Positions 1-11,088 of a stretch of 64,000 nt of DNA are shown piece after piece (positions within the stretch are counted from its first letter, which is position 1; each line of letters begins with the position of its first letter). The position numbers and the translations under genes are program-made. Below the pieces are notes generated by a model. It saw only the letters and a program-made list of their open reading frames with translations, was not told the DNA's origin and made no database searches. The stretch is from Schizochytrium sp. TIO01. Taxonomy: Eukaryota; Protista; Bigyra: Labyrinthulomycetes. Where the stretch lies: assembly GCA_004764695.1 (NCBI GenBank), contig SMSO01000031.1, forward strand, positions 1,960,436 to 2,024,435. The letters are read 5' to 3'.

Positions 1-364
1 CTTCGAATTGTGATCCTGGAGACAGCATGTGCCATCCTGGTGAAGAAATTGGTTGTTGCGGTAGCTGTTGTTGCATAAGTCGCTGTTGTTGCAGTCTTAC
101 CGCAGTAGCGCTTGTCGCACTTCCCAAGCTCTCACGTTGTTTCTGGGAACTTTGTATTTCGACCTTGGCCATCGTTGGCAAGCGCTGCATATTGCCTTCA
201 AGGTCAAAAAAGGCCGTATTGCTCACGTTCACATCGTTTTCTGCTTCGTGTGGCTCCAGACTTTCGGTGGGGCCAGGATTTCCAATTTTATCTTCATTTT
301 CGATATGTTCAACAGGGTTTCCAAACAGCTCTGTCCATGCTGAAGCGCTTTCCTGTTCTGCCAT
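1..364 (-). CDS. 5' part of a Gln-rich hypothetical protein, truncated by the window edge
   Basis: Manual translation from aaaaccATGG at 364 stays open to base 1: MAEQESASAWTELFGNPVEHIENEDKIG...RLQQQRLMQQQLPQQPISSPGWHMLSPGSQFE. Absent from the ORF track because no stop falls inside the window. Confidence 0.75.
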   Translation of the reverse strand, partial: MAEQESASAWTELFGNPVEHIENEDKIGNPGPTESLEPHEAENDVNVSNTAFFDLEGNMQRLPTMAKVEIQSSQKQRESLGSATSATAVRLQQQRLMQQQLPQQPISSPGWHMLSPGSQFE

Positions 365-1040
365 GGTTTTGCAGACAATCTATGGTGCCAGTGATCGGTG
401 CCCACTCTAAGTCTCGTACTGCAGCAATGGATCGACTTTACTTTTTGTGGCGTACGGCTTCAACCAAACTAGTGCCTTAATATGAAGGCCCACACGCCAA
501 AGGCGTTGGCACCGCAGCGGGATGTAAAGAACTGGTTTTAGATCTGGACTTGGATCTCAGAAGTCCATGAGTTTCGTTTCCGAGTTTGATAAACAAATAT
601 TACCTAGGTTCCTACCTACTACTACTATAGAATTAAGCAAAGCTGCTTAACCGTCACTTGTGTTACCAACTCATAACATTAACGTAGTATCTTGTAAAAG
701 ATATCGATGAAAATGCTCCAAATCTTGGGAGACTTCAGAAACTAAGGCCCAAGTGAAGTTAAAGAGCTGAGGATAATGCGAATTGGAAACTCTTGCATAA
801 TCAAGGCGTAAATTACTTAGTCAGAAGGGTACATTAATTTGCCGGCTGATCTCATAAAGGCGGTCAAAGCTGTACAAACTGTATGAGTTTCTCAATCATT
901 ACCTGAAAAGGAGTTTTGTGTCGTGACGAATCCAGAAAGGCTCTGCGATATGTAAACATGATCATGAATTAATTTGACACGTGCACTACATTGCCATGTC
1001 GGAACAAATAAAGGATATTGAGAATATCACGAGATGGCTA

Positions 1041-2669
1041 CTAGGCAATGTGAAGAGAAGTGTGGTCAACGTCTTCATAATAGCTTCGAAGTTTTAGAAG
1101 TTCAGCTTGCTGAGCAGGCGTAAAAAGTGAAAAACCTGGATCTTCATTAGAGTTGGCAGATTTCGACGTCTTGTGGGGCTTGTTGGCGCCTTTTTGATGT
1201 CGAGATGCAGCTGTTTTCTTACCCTTGACACCTCCAGTTTTTCTTATAGTAGACGTTGCTTTCTTGCTAGGTTTGTGAGAGTTCGTTCGCTTATCCATGT
1301 CCAATGAAGGTGACGGTTGTACTGTTTCTGCAGCGCTCTTACGTGTATCTTTCTTTCCCACGTTCTTTTGTAAAGCTTTAGATTCTCGCGGAGAGTCTGT
1401 TTTTTCTTCATTTGTGTCATCAATGTTGGGCTTTTCAGGTTCTTTAAGTGATGACGCTGAGGAAGCGGACGATGGCAGTCTTAAGCGGCGACTTGATCGT
1501 CTAGGCGGAATAGTAGCACCTGCAGACTTTGTATCTGGAGTTTCAAGATCTAAAGTCGATAGGGACCCTCGCGATTTTCGAATAGAACCAGCTCTTATCT
1601 TTCTTTTTCCATGTACCAAGTCACTATCAATATCAGATAGGGAGGCAGATTGAGCACTGGATGTTACGTCGTTCAAAGATGCAGTATGTTGTTTTGGAAG
1701 GGACCCTATGGTTGTACTTGTCAAGGGTCGATCTGTCTGCATATCAGAAACACTACTATCTGATGAAGTCACAGATTTGCTTTCCGAAACGTCTTCACTA
1801 GTTCTTGACGACCGGCGCGTCACTCGTCCCCGCCCTGCGAAAGAGGACGAGGACGCACGCCGCTTGCGAGGGGACTCTGTTGACTCGTCATGCTCACCAT
1901 CCTGTTTTGCAGAGACTGACTTATTTTCATCTGAAACGATTTTGGCAGGTGCAGAAACTCGCGATGATGATCTTCGCTTACGGCCTGCTATAACCAATTT
2001 GTTGCCATCTGACGATGATTTCGAATATCCCTCATTCTGAACCTCAAGGTCACTTTTGTTTTCAGTCTCTACCTCGTTTGTAGTGCTCGTTGCCTCCCTA
2101 ACATAGATGTGCTCCTTTTCCTTACCCTTAGATGTTCTCTGACGGCTGCTTGATCGCCTCCTGGGGACACTAGTTTCAACCTCTTCTTTCTTGGTTTCAC
2201 CTTCCTTTTCATCCAGAATTGGGAATGTTTTAGCGCTTCGTAATGACCTCCTCTCCCCAGTCATTTTCTTACTTTCAATTGATCCTCGAGACTTTCTTGA
2301 CTTTGTGGTCTTTGCATGATTATCTTCTTCATCACTTATTGCTTTGACTTTTCCCGAATTACCCAGCACTTTGATGTTTTCATCGTCTTCTTGTGCAATC
2401 GTTTGCTGTTCAATTTCATTTGATTGTAATGGCTGATTTTGATCTTGATTTTGATCTTGATTTTGCACGTCTTCGTTTTTTTGCTCTTTCACCCCCGTTT
2501 TCTCTTTTTTTCCACTCCTCGTTGGCGCCTTTGCATCGGTCTTCTTCACTGCAGGTCGCGCACCCGCGTCTCTGTCTGCAGTTGGTTTTTTAGTCTTGTT
2601 TGCTTTCTGCACATCAGCTTGCGCCGAGCGAGCTCCTGCACCCCGTTTTGAGGCCCTGGTCGCGGCCAT
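1041..2669 (-). CDS. Disordered K/R/S-rich protein with a C-terminal Sororin-like motif
   Basis: Long ORF; the first ATG is at 2669 (MAATRASKR). The low-complexity basic/Ser-rich body ends in ELLKLRSYYEDVDHTSLHIA, which resembles the Sororin C-terminal motif (R.YF.E[VI]D...L). The CDS is secure; the family call is moderate. Confidence 0.7.
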   Translation of the reverse strand: MAATRASKRGAGARSAQADVQKANKTKKPTADRDAGARPAVKKTDAKAPTRSGKKEKTGVKEQKNEDVQNQDQNQDQNQPLQSNEIEQQTIAQEDDENIKVLGNSGKVKAISDEEDNHAKTTKSRKSRGSIESKKMTGERRSLRSAKTFPILDEKEGETKKEEVETSVPRRRSSSRQRTSKGKEKEHIYVREATSTTNEVETENKSDLEVQNEGYSKSSSDGNKLVIAGRKRRSSSRVSAPAKIVSDENKSVSAKQDGEHDESTESPRKRRASSSSFAGRGRVTRRSSRTSEDVSESKSVTSSDSSVSDMQTDRPLTSTTIGSLPKQHTASLNDVTSSAQSASLSDIDSDLVHGKRKIRAGSIRKSRGSLSTLDLETPDTKSAGATIPPRRSSRRLRLPSSASSASSLKEPEKPNIDDTNEEKTDSPRESKALQKNVGKKDTRKSAAETVQPSPSLDMDKRTNSHKPSKKATSTIRKTGGVKGKKTAASRHQKGANKPHKTSKSANSNEDPGFSLFTPAQQAELLKLRSYYEDVDHTSLHIA

Positions 2670-4168
2670 CGAGTTGAGATTGTGATAGATCGACGTCAAT
2701 GGACGATGAGGACGCTCTGTTCGGGTCAACTGCGTGTCGAAGGTGGGGGAGGGACACGCCCGGGGATCAAGCGGCCTAAACGAAATGCCACAGTCGTAGC
2801 CTCGTTCGCGCTTTGCGCCGTTCAAAACTGCCTGCACGGTCTCCGTTCCGTCTACGCTGGTGAACAAAGTGGTTTCGGGTCTGCGGAACGCGAAATCGAA
2901 GTCAAAGTTCGCAGAAGATTAAAAAAAAAAGTCTTCGTCGAAAACCCTCATTCCAAGCAAGCCTACGCCTTTCCTGCGCTTCGAGCTGCGCATGATGGAG
3001 CACATGAAGTAGAAACTCCGCCTGCAGAAGCTCAAGCGGAGTTTTGGGTTGTACTTGGAGATTAAATTGTTGCCTTAATGAATAGGACAGAACAGCTATT
3101 TCAGATTTTCTGCAAATCATTGACGGATGAATGAATGATCAAATCGACGAGAGACGAAGGAGTCCCAAGTTATGAGTGCATAATATTGACATATCGCGAG
3201 GCTTCAGTGCGGGAGGGGTTTGCAAAATTGATGGCACATGTGTTGAAATGGACAAAGAAGGCAAAGACCTGGACATAGTTAGTAAGGAAATTATTGGAGG
3301 TGGACTATATGTTTATGTTTTTATTTAATTTTAACAAAGAGGCTGATGTTCGTTGGAACGGAGAACTTGCTTACCTGATGTCAAAGCAGAATGTACAAAT
3401 TACACAACGGCCAACGATCATCACGCACACGTTCACCCGTATTCGAAAGTTGGTTGCATTGCCAACATAACAGCACATATCTCTACCTATCCTGAAGCTC
3501 TGCTATTCTGTGTGAGGACGAGACGATTCAATTTATTCGCTTCGCGTGCATTTTTGCATACGCAAATCTGTCGTATCAACTTTCAGGACGTTTGTATTTA
3601 CATCTCTATTCTACGAAAGCACTTGACGATGCGCGAAACGCCAGTCTAATCTAAATATCAGCTTATTCGCAGCCGTCATTCGAAGAAAACACGCCATCTA
3701 AAAGCTAATATATCCTGCGGAAGCCTCTGTCATTCGGGTATTTTACTGGGAAGAGGGCATCTTTCGAAAGCAAGAGCTCAATGGATTGTTCTCTTATTCG
3801 CATCCGACGACTGTCTCCGTAAATCATGACTCATGCTTCTTCAGACGCGACCGCACCTCTCGAGTTTGTAAATGTCTGCTCACTACTCCAAGCAAAGCGA
3901 CGCTCTTCAAATGTCCCTGCGGATCGCACACGGCACGTGCCCAGAACAGGCCGTGGTACTTAGAGACCTAATCCAACACAATCAAAGAATCAAAGCCACA
4001 ATGCGAATCGCAATTGAGAACCTCTGCTTGCTTTACAGCCCCTCTGTTCTCTGAGATCTTGGCAGAGTCACTGTGAAGCGTTCGCACCCAGCTACGCGGT
4101 ACTCTTGATACCCTCATAGACCGTGGCCCGCGAACGAGGTTTGCCTGTTGAGAGATATAAATTGCAAG

Positions 4169-5146
4169 ATGGAGATTGAAGATCTTGTTCGAGGTCGTCT
4201 GCTGCACGTGCTAGAGGAGTCAGGGTGGGACGAACGCCATAGTACAGAAGCTGTGCAGGGCATGGTCTGGCAGGATATTGAACATCGTAGTGACCAGGCT
4301 GATCAAGGTTCCTTCGTCTTGCCGTTGTCGCTCTGTGCAGCACTTCTAGAACACCACGATTCTGCTGGTAAGACTTGCATTGAGTTTACCGTGCCGCCTG
4401 AAATCGATGGAGAGCATGAGACGAATCTTGACCTTCAGGACTTTGGCACATGGGCGCAAAAGCCTGCGTTATCAGCGTTACTAAAAAAATTCGAGGCTTG
4501 GAATGAATCTGGGATTGCGCCTCGCAGGCTCGAGCACACAATGTCAGTTCCAGGCGTTGTAGAGGTTGGATACCCAGAAACACTTGAAGCGGCGAAGCAC
4601 GCAGATGGCACAGACGGTCCTGCACCAGCGCTGCTTGCATACCAATTAATTCTGGCATGCGAGGAAGCATTTGGTTCTGATGTAAGCAACGCCCGAGTGG
4701 ATAAATTTCTTGAAACTCTTGGCGTGAATGGAGTTTTATATTGTCTTGATCATCGTGTTACCACTGGTACTCTGCCGGTGCTTAGTCCACCTTTGGACGT
4801 CCTGTTGAGCTCATTCTTACTCCCGAATCGACCGACGAAGCCTTTGACGGTGGGCGGTCGTGCTCTTACAAAGCACTGCAATCGAGGCGCTGCAGATTGG
4901 TGGGGTGGTGACAAAGGCAATGATGGTGCCAAGAATGTTCGGGCTTACAACCGTGTCATTCACATTCTTAAGAGTGCGTCATGGGTCAATATTCATGTGC
5001 TGCCTGCAGGAGACAAGCGGAGTTTGCTACCTGTAATTGAATTTCGCTGTCCAGAGGGATTTGGAGCAAGGTGGAGTGCAGATGGCATTTCCTTTAGAGG
5101 GTTTCTCGAACCAATTGCGCACTTCCAGCTTGATAGAGGCACATAA
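4169..5146 (+). CDS. Conserved hypothetical protein with a C-terminal GRALxKH...GARW...FxGFLEP domain
   Basis: ATG at 4169 (caagATGG). The C-terminus reads LTVGGRALTKHCNR..WWG..GND..KN...W.NIH..P...EFRCPEGFGARWSADGISFRGFLEP, a pattern I recall from plant ASCH-domain proteins and bacterial polymorphic-toxin tips. Confidence 0.8.
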   Translation: MEIEDLVRGRLLHVLEESGWDERHSTEAVQGMVWQDIEHRSDQADQGSFVLPLSLCAALLEHHDSAGKTCIEFTVPPEIDGEHETNLDLQDFGTWAQKPALSALLKKFEAWNESGIAPRRLEHTMSVPGVVEVGYPETLEAAKHADGTDGPAPALLAYQLILACEEAFGSDVSNARVDKFLETLGVNGVLYCLDHRVTTGTLPVLSPPLDVLLSSFLLPNRPTKPLTVGGRALTKHCNRGAADWWGGDKGNDGAKNVRAYNRVIHILKSASWVNIHVLPAGDKRSLLPVIEFRCPEGFGARWSADGISFRGFLEPIAHFQLDRGT

Positions 5147-6085
5147 ACTGCTCAATATAGTATCTAGGTCTCTAACTTTCATGTTGAATTGTATCTATTT
5201 GCAGCTCATAATGATATGATTCTAATAAGATTCAACTGACCTTTATACTATCGGATGGGTGCACCCTTCTCTCATGACATATGTATTCTACTTTACTTTC
5301 AACTTCAAGAAGCTTTTTAATCTCCTTTTATAGTGTCAGTATCATCGTTGGCAATAGCCACTCCAGTTTTTCGTTCTTTCCACTTCTTAGCTGATATGTC
5401 TCAGCTCACGATGTGGCGAGTCCGCAAGCCTTGAATGAATGATACTACCATAGTCCTCTTTCGACAAACATTTTCTGAACATGGAAAAGGAAAAGAAAAT
5501 AGGAAAAAAGAGAGAATTGGTTTTATTTTATTTTATTTTAAGTTAAAACATTATTTTACATGATGATTTAGTATTTTTTTTTCAATTCGTATAAATTCAT
5601 ATGAAACACTACTAGTATATATCATAAATGTCATTTCACCACAACTTTAAAAAAAATATTATAAACTAACAAACTGTATAAAAAGGCTTGCTTGCTAGCT
5701 AGGTAGCCTCTTTATTTCAAGCAACTCGCCTTTCGAATTCGAGCGAGTGCTTGTTGACCTTGTCCTCGTCGCCCATCTAAACTCCAAGTTTCCTCCTTTC
5801 TACAATCGCCAACCAAGCTAGTTAGTCACACCCCATCAATCAATCAATCAACCAATCACCCTTTGAATGCTGCAAAGTCCCTTATCATAAAAAACCCTGC
5901 CACCCAGCCATTCATCCACAGTGCTATTATCGATGTGCAAATTCGCAAACATAATGCATAATTTAGCAGCAGCGTTAGTTACCGTTCTCTGTGCTGTGCT
6001 GAGTCTGTCTGCAGTCATTCATTCATTCATTCGTTCATTCATTCATTCACTCACTCACTCACTCACTCACCCATTGAAATAGTGA

Positions 6086-6830
6086 TTGTGTTTCTTGGTC
6101 AGCGAGGCGCTTCGTTTCTTGACAACAGGTAACGCTGCTGTGGCAGCACAAGTGCTACGGCACTGCGTTAATCAGGCAACTACTATTTATCGCGGTCGCC
6201 CTTTAGGCCAGCACCGACTTGGAGGGCTTCCAAATGCCTTCTTCCTCGAGCGGGACTTCCTCGAGCGAGACATGGCCACCACTACCACCACCACCACCTC
6301 CTCCTCCTCCACAATCATCGACATCACCTCCTCCATCATGACATCATGACATCCTGACACCATGACATCACTCACCATCACAAGCCAGAAATTCACGACC
6401 GACAGCAGGTATTAATTAGCCATCAGCATGCTAGATTTACAACGGAGAGACGTGTACATTTGGCCAAACAACCAGCCAGAACTCGGCCAAGAACTTGTGG
6501 TGCCTACCCAGGTTAGAGTCTGTAGCTCTCGCTCGAGACCTCCGTTCCTGCGGCGCCATGGTTGGGGAGGTGGTGAACACGGTGGCGCTTCTGGAGCCGA
6601 CCTCAAGATGCCTTACAACTAGCTTTTGAGAGACTTCAGAGCTTAGAGCTAATCGCAGAGGTATGCGTGCTGTCACTGGAAGAGCCGCTGCCACCAATGC
6701 GTTCTTTCGTATCGGTCGGGGCAATCGATCGACGCTGATGGGCACCATGCTCTGGCACGAGGACTCGCTGCCAGAAACCCACTCCTCGGTAATTTGCCGC
6801 AGCTTGCGGCGATCTGCTCGTTTCCGAGGG
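6086..6830 (+). mobile_element. Decayed CRE-like (RLE-type) non-LTR retrotransposon fragment: post-RT region and CCHC knuckle
   Basis: AQVLRHCVNQ and RLGGLP, then in one stop-interrupted frame SGADLKMP...DFRA...CHQC...GQSIDADGHHALAR. The order matches the LLR.C / GGLG / SGAWL..P / EFR / C..CG..D..G.HAL.C motif series. Confidence 0.5.
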
Positions 6831-7039
6831 TCTATAACAGCACCACCAGCACCATCAGCAGCAGCAGCAGCAGCAGCAGCAACAAAGTCATAATCAACAG
6901 CAGCAATGGCTTGGGGTTCGCTGCAAGTTCATGCACAGCGTCGCCGTTGTCACTAACTCGCAGAACTGCAGAATTCCGCAGAACCCAAGCTGCAATCAAT
7001 CCATTTATGCTTTCTACGAATTCACAGGATGCATAGCTA

Positions 7040-8158
7040 GTTCGTCGTTCGCCACGCGTCCATTCCGCAAGCCGCTCCGCAGACCTCGCCACCGCTCTCA
7101 ACTATTTCCTCTTCGCCTCCCTGGTTGTCTGTGAAGATGTTCTGCTCTCAACTAACTTTCACTCTGCGAAGCAAGGGGGATCTCAAGCTCAAGCTCAAGC
7201 TCAAGCCCAGCAAGCGCCTTCTCAGCAGGATCTCGATTCGCGGTGCTTGAGAATGGTGAAACCTGAGCAGACCATACCGTGGAAGAGCGCTGTCTTCGCG
7301 ACAGCTGCGACCGACCAAGCTTGCGTTCTCTCTGGAGGCCTCGCTGTGTCTTCGTTGTCGGGGTCCACCACTCAAGTCGCCGTCGTCGAGAGACCCGAGT
7401 CTGCTGATGATCGAGGCAGAGCCTTCACATGAGTTCTGCAATTGCAATTGCTTCGCGCGGGAACATTACAATCCCTGAAAACTGGTGGCCACCTCGAACT
7501 CGTACTCGTAGCAGTTCTGCACCAACTTGCCTGAAGTCTTAGCGCCCAAGAAGGCAGGTCAGCTCGAAGAACTGGCCTTGAAGGACATCCAGAACTTGGG
7601 CTTTTGCAGTGCAGCGCAGCACATCTCGCGACCTAAGCTGGCGTAGTGCAGAGCGATGTAGTACTGCTAGCAGAGCAGGTTGCCGACGGCTTTAGTGGAC
7701 GATCATTTATGTCAAGTCCGCCCGTCGAAAATCCTGCTTCCGACACCTCCAAATTCCCGGGGAGGACTGTCATTGAGGGCCTTCTGGGCTGCCCAAGCTT
7801 GCGAAACTTGGCCACGAGACAGGTCGGGTCCGCGGCTGCTGTCTCGTGCAATTTCCAGGCTGATCTGAGCCCCGTACGCCGCAAGGCACACCTCATGGGC
7901 TCCGTGGGCGCGCGGGTTCTCCCAGGATGCTACAGCGCCCAAATCTGCGTCATCCGGCCGTTCGGGACCACTATCTTGGCCTCAGGCGGAGCATTTCCTG
8001 ACCAGCTAGTTGCCGAGAATCTTTGGAGACTATCTCCATGTCTGTGCCGCGCTCAGGGCGGCTTTGCCACGGGTTTTGCGCATTCCCGCCCCCGCGACCT
8101 GGCCGCTTTAAAGACGCCGCTGCTGTTTCCGGAGCCTTTTTCAGACGCTGCCTCCTAA
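7040..8158 (+). pseudogene. GC-rich, coding-like but fragmented region of unknown origin
   Basis: Several overlapping short frames with coding-like composition, interrupted by stops, directly after the retroelement relic. No convincing family motif. Confidence 0.25.
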
Positions 8159-9543
8159 GGTTTACTATAGCAGTGGATTCCCTACTCCTAGCGCTCTCTT
8201 TCAGGCTTCTTTTGGCGCTGATGATAAACAAATAAACTCATGAAAGATTGAAAGAAAGAAAGAAAGAAAGAAAGAAAGAAAAAAAGAAAAGAAAGAAAGA
8301 ATGAATGAATGAAAGAAAGAATAAATGAAATGACAATTCGTCGAGAATTGGCGATTTGTACGTACATAAAGACGCACAAACAGGCCAGCAAAGCGTACGA
8401 CGCCGGTGGATCTGCAGAGACTGTGCGCGATTTGGGTTTTTCCCAGGACCTTGCCACGATCAGAGTGCGTCTGCGACACCGTTTGGAGCAGCTCTCGTCT
8501 TGACTTGATCAATAATCAATCAATCACTCATTTACTTCACATTCTTAGTTTCATTCTTCTGATGTTCGACTTTCTTTCTACTGTGTCACCACAAAGACGC
8601 CATCGGCCTCTCCTACCTTTAACGCTGTGTGACTCCTAGCGTATTTTATTCGCCGTATTCCCCGACCAAACCACGAAGAAGAAACAAATAATCAGTAGGT
8701 TGGCATTTTCAGACGGTATTAAAAGAAGGCGCACTCGAGGATAATATGGGGGGGGGGCGAATAAAATACGCGATGGGTAGTGTAGCAAATATGCTACCAA
8801 ACATTAAAAAAATAATTAAAAATCTCTTTTCAGGAGCTTTGTAAAATAAGGAATTAAATGTTTGTTTGTTTATTTGTTTGTTTGTTTGTCTTTTAGTTAC
8901 ATGTTTGTCTATGAAGAAGATCAGTGATTGTGAAGTTCAATTGACAGACAGACAAACAGCCAGACTCAGACAGACCACCAACGCGCTCGCCGCTGCCCGC
9001 TGACTCCGGAGCGTCCCGCAGCGGCTTTCCCTGCAGCGTCTGCGAGGACCAGCGTGGTCTCCGCCCGCCTCCACCGCCGCCGCTGCCGCTGCCGCGTCGC
9101 GAGGAGCGGTATCCTGACTTCGCCGGCGACCTGCTTGAGCTGTGGAGAAAGAGTCCTAAGTGGTGCTAGATAACTGTTAGAGTATCGAGCAAGGCGAATA
9201 ACTACGACAAGAGCGACTTCGACAACGAAGTTAATCTACGCCGTTGTGATCGTTTGGGGTTCATCAAACAAGCGCCTAACTTAAGGGACGTCGAGGTTGA
9301 CACGGTTGTGAAGACCTTGCAGCTCGGGATCTCTACAAAAGCTCACGCATTGCGGATCAATTAATTTCCTGTCCTTGTTGCCGTCTTCAACTCGAAGTGG
9401 CCCAGAAAACGCCAACACAAGATCTTTGTCTTTGGGAATTGGTATTGTGAGCAGGATCATAATATCTCCAAGTCTTTCAATTCTTTCAATAGCTTGCCAG
9501 CAATTGACTCGGATTATCTTTTGTTCGTACCAAGTAGATCAAG

Positions 9544-11088
9544 ATGCCTAACTCATCTACAGCCAAGGCAGGCGCTGCCTCTGGATTGATTGAGGTTATG
9601 CCCGACGAAAGGAGGCTCGGAAGCCAGGCTGATGATGAAGTTAAGGAGGTCACCATGGATCAGAACCTGCCTGTGCGTAGCACCAGTGCAGGAACACAGC
9701 CTGCCAAGAGTCTGAGTGGCAAAATTGGTTCAATCGTGCGCTGGGTCAGCGACAGTTTTGGTGGCAAAAAGTACGAAGCCAAGCTTATGGAGAACTTGCG
9801 CAAGTCCACTATGTTTAGATACTGCTCAGAGCAGTCGCGCTTGAGCCTTGCGAACTCCATGGAACTCGAGACCTTTAGCAAGGGTGACGTCCTGATGATC
9901 CAGGGCGAGCCCCAGACGTCCGCAATTATTATCGTTGACGGAAGCGTTGCTCGCCTCCGCCTTATCGATGACCAGCTGCACCAGATGGCTACACTTGGTG
10001 ACGTTGGCAGCACTGCGACTATTGGCATGCTGCACTTGATCCGTGAGGAGAAGGCCTTCTCCACGGTCCGTGCGCTCTCCGACGGTGCCTGCTTCCGTCT
10101 CTCTGCGGAGGTCTTCCGCGAGCTGCTGGAGGAATCGCCCGAGTTCGCGCAAGAGTGCGTGTTCTCACTCTGTAAAGAAGTCCGCGCTCACACCAAGCTC
10201 AAGCGGACACCGCTCTTCTTGCAAAGCGGTAAGGCCATGCCTGCTGAACCCTTGCCCTGGTTCGCAGTTTCTTGTGCCGCAGCTCTCGAGTCATTCTACC
10301 GATCCGGCCTCAACGCTATCCTCAACGCCAAACTCACGGGAACTCCCCGTGGAGCACTTTTCCCCAACATGCATGTGCAACTTCCCACGCGTGTGCTCTA
10401 CATCAACGGTTTCAAGGGCTTGCGGCACGTGCTCGACAGCCGCGTTCACGTGTCCGAGTATGATAACCCTGAGCTCGTCGGTCTTGGACTTGCAATTCTT
10501 CCTGGCCTTGCCATGACTCCGATCAGTTCCATCCTTGAGGCGTGTAACGCAGGCCACGTTAACCCCGAACCTCTGCACACTAGATGGACTCGAGGACTTG
10601 TCCCTCGTTGTGGTCGCGAGATTCTCTTTGGTGTAGGAATCAACCAGCTCTCGGACTTTTTGGAGGAGCGTATGGAGATTTTTGAATCTCAGAACATGCG
10701 TAACCTTGGAGGCAGTCTCTTGGCGGGTATCCTTGCAGGATACTGCAGTCACATCCCGCATAACTTGTCTACGCTCAAACTTATGACGCCGTCCAAGAGC
10801 TACAGCCAACTGTTTAAAGAATTGCAGGCGCCATGGAACAAGTGGTTCGATAAGGAGTTCATGCCCATGTCGCGCACGGCAAGGCTACACAGCTCTACTT
10901 CGCAGCCTGCTGGTCGCCAGGTGTTGCGCTCAATTTTGGTGCCGGTGCTCACTTGCCTTTTGCCCAAGGGCGCACTTATTCGGACAACGCAGATCGCTGG
11001 TTCCTTCTTGATTATCAACACCACAATCAACTACCTTTCTCACATCAATGTCAAAGTATCGGTCTCTCGAACCCCTAGCAGCGCTTGA
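9544..11088 (+). CDS. cNMP-binding-fold domain fused to a divergent mitochondrial carrier (SLC25)-like domain
   Basis: 514 aa with strong codon bias. N-half has the cNMP fold: MFRYCS...FSKGDVLMIQGE...IIVDGSV...TVRALSD...LSAEVFRELL. C-half has carrier-like repeats: PGLAMTPISS, WTRGLVPRCGREILFG, GSLLAGILAGYCSHIPHNLSTLK. Confidence 0.75.
   Translation: MPNSSTAKAGAASGLIEVMPDERRLGSQADDEVKEVTMDQNLPVRSTSAGTQPAKSLSGKIGSIVRWVSDSFGGKKYEAKLMENLRKSTMFRYCSEQSRLSLANSMELETFSKGDVLMIQGEPQTSAIIIVDGSVARLRLIDDQLHQMATLGDVGSTATIGMLHLIREEKAFSTVRALSDGACFRLSAEVFRELLEESPEFAQECVFSLCKEVRAHTKLKRTPLFLQSGKAMPAEPLPWFAVSCAAALESFYRSGLNAILNAKLTGTPRGALFPNMHVQLPTRVLYINGFKGLRHVLDSRVHVSEYDNPELVGLGLAILPGLAMTPISSILEACNAGHVNPEPLHTRWTRGLVPRCGREILFGVGINQLSDFLEERMEIFESQNMRNLGGSLLAGILAGYCSHIPHNLSTLKLMTPSKSYSQLFKELQAPWNKWFDKEFMPMSRTARLHSSTSQPAGRQVLRSILVPVLTCLLPKGALIRTTQIAGSFLIINTTINYLSHINVKVSVSRTPSSA

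Noticed and set aside
27-480. Three plus-strand ORFs at the window start
   Set aside because: The minus-strand frame from ATG 364 has better start context and protein-like composition.
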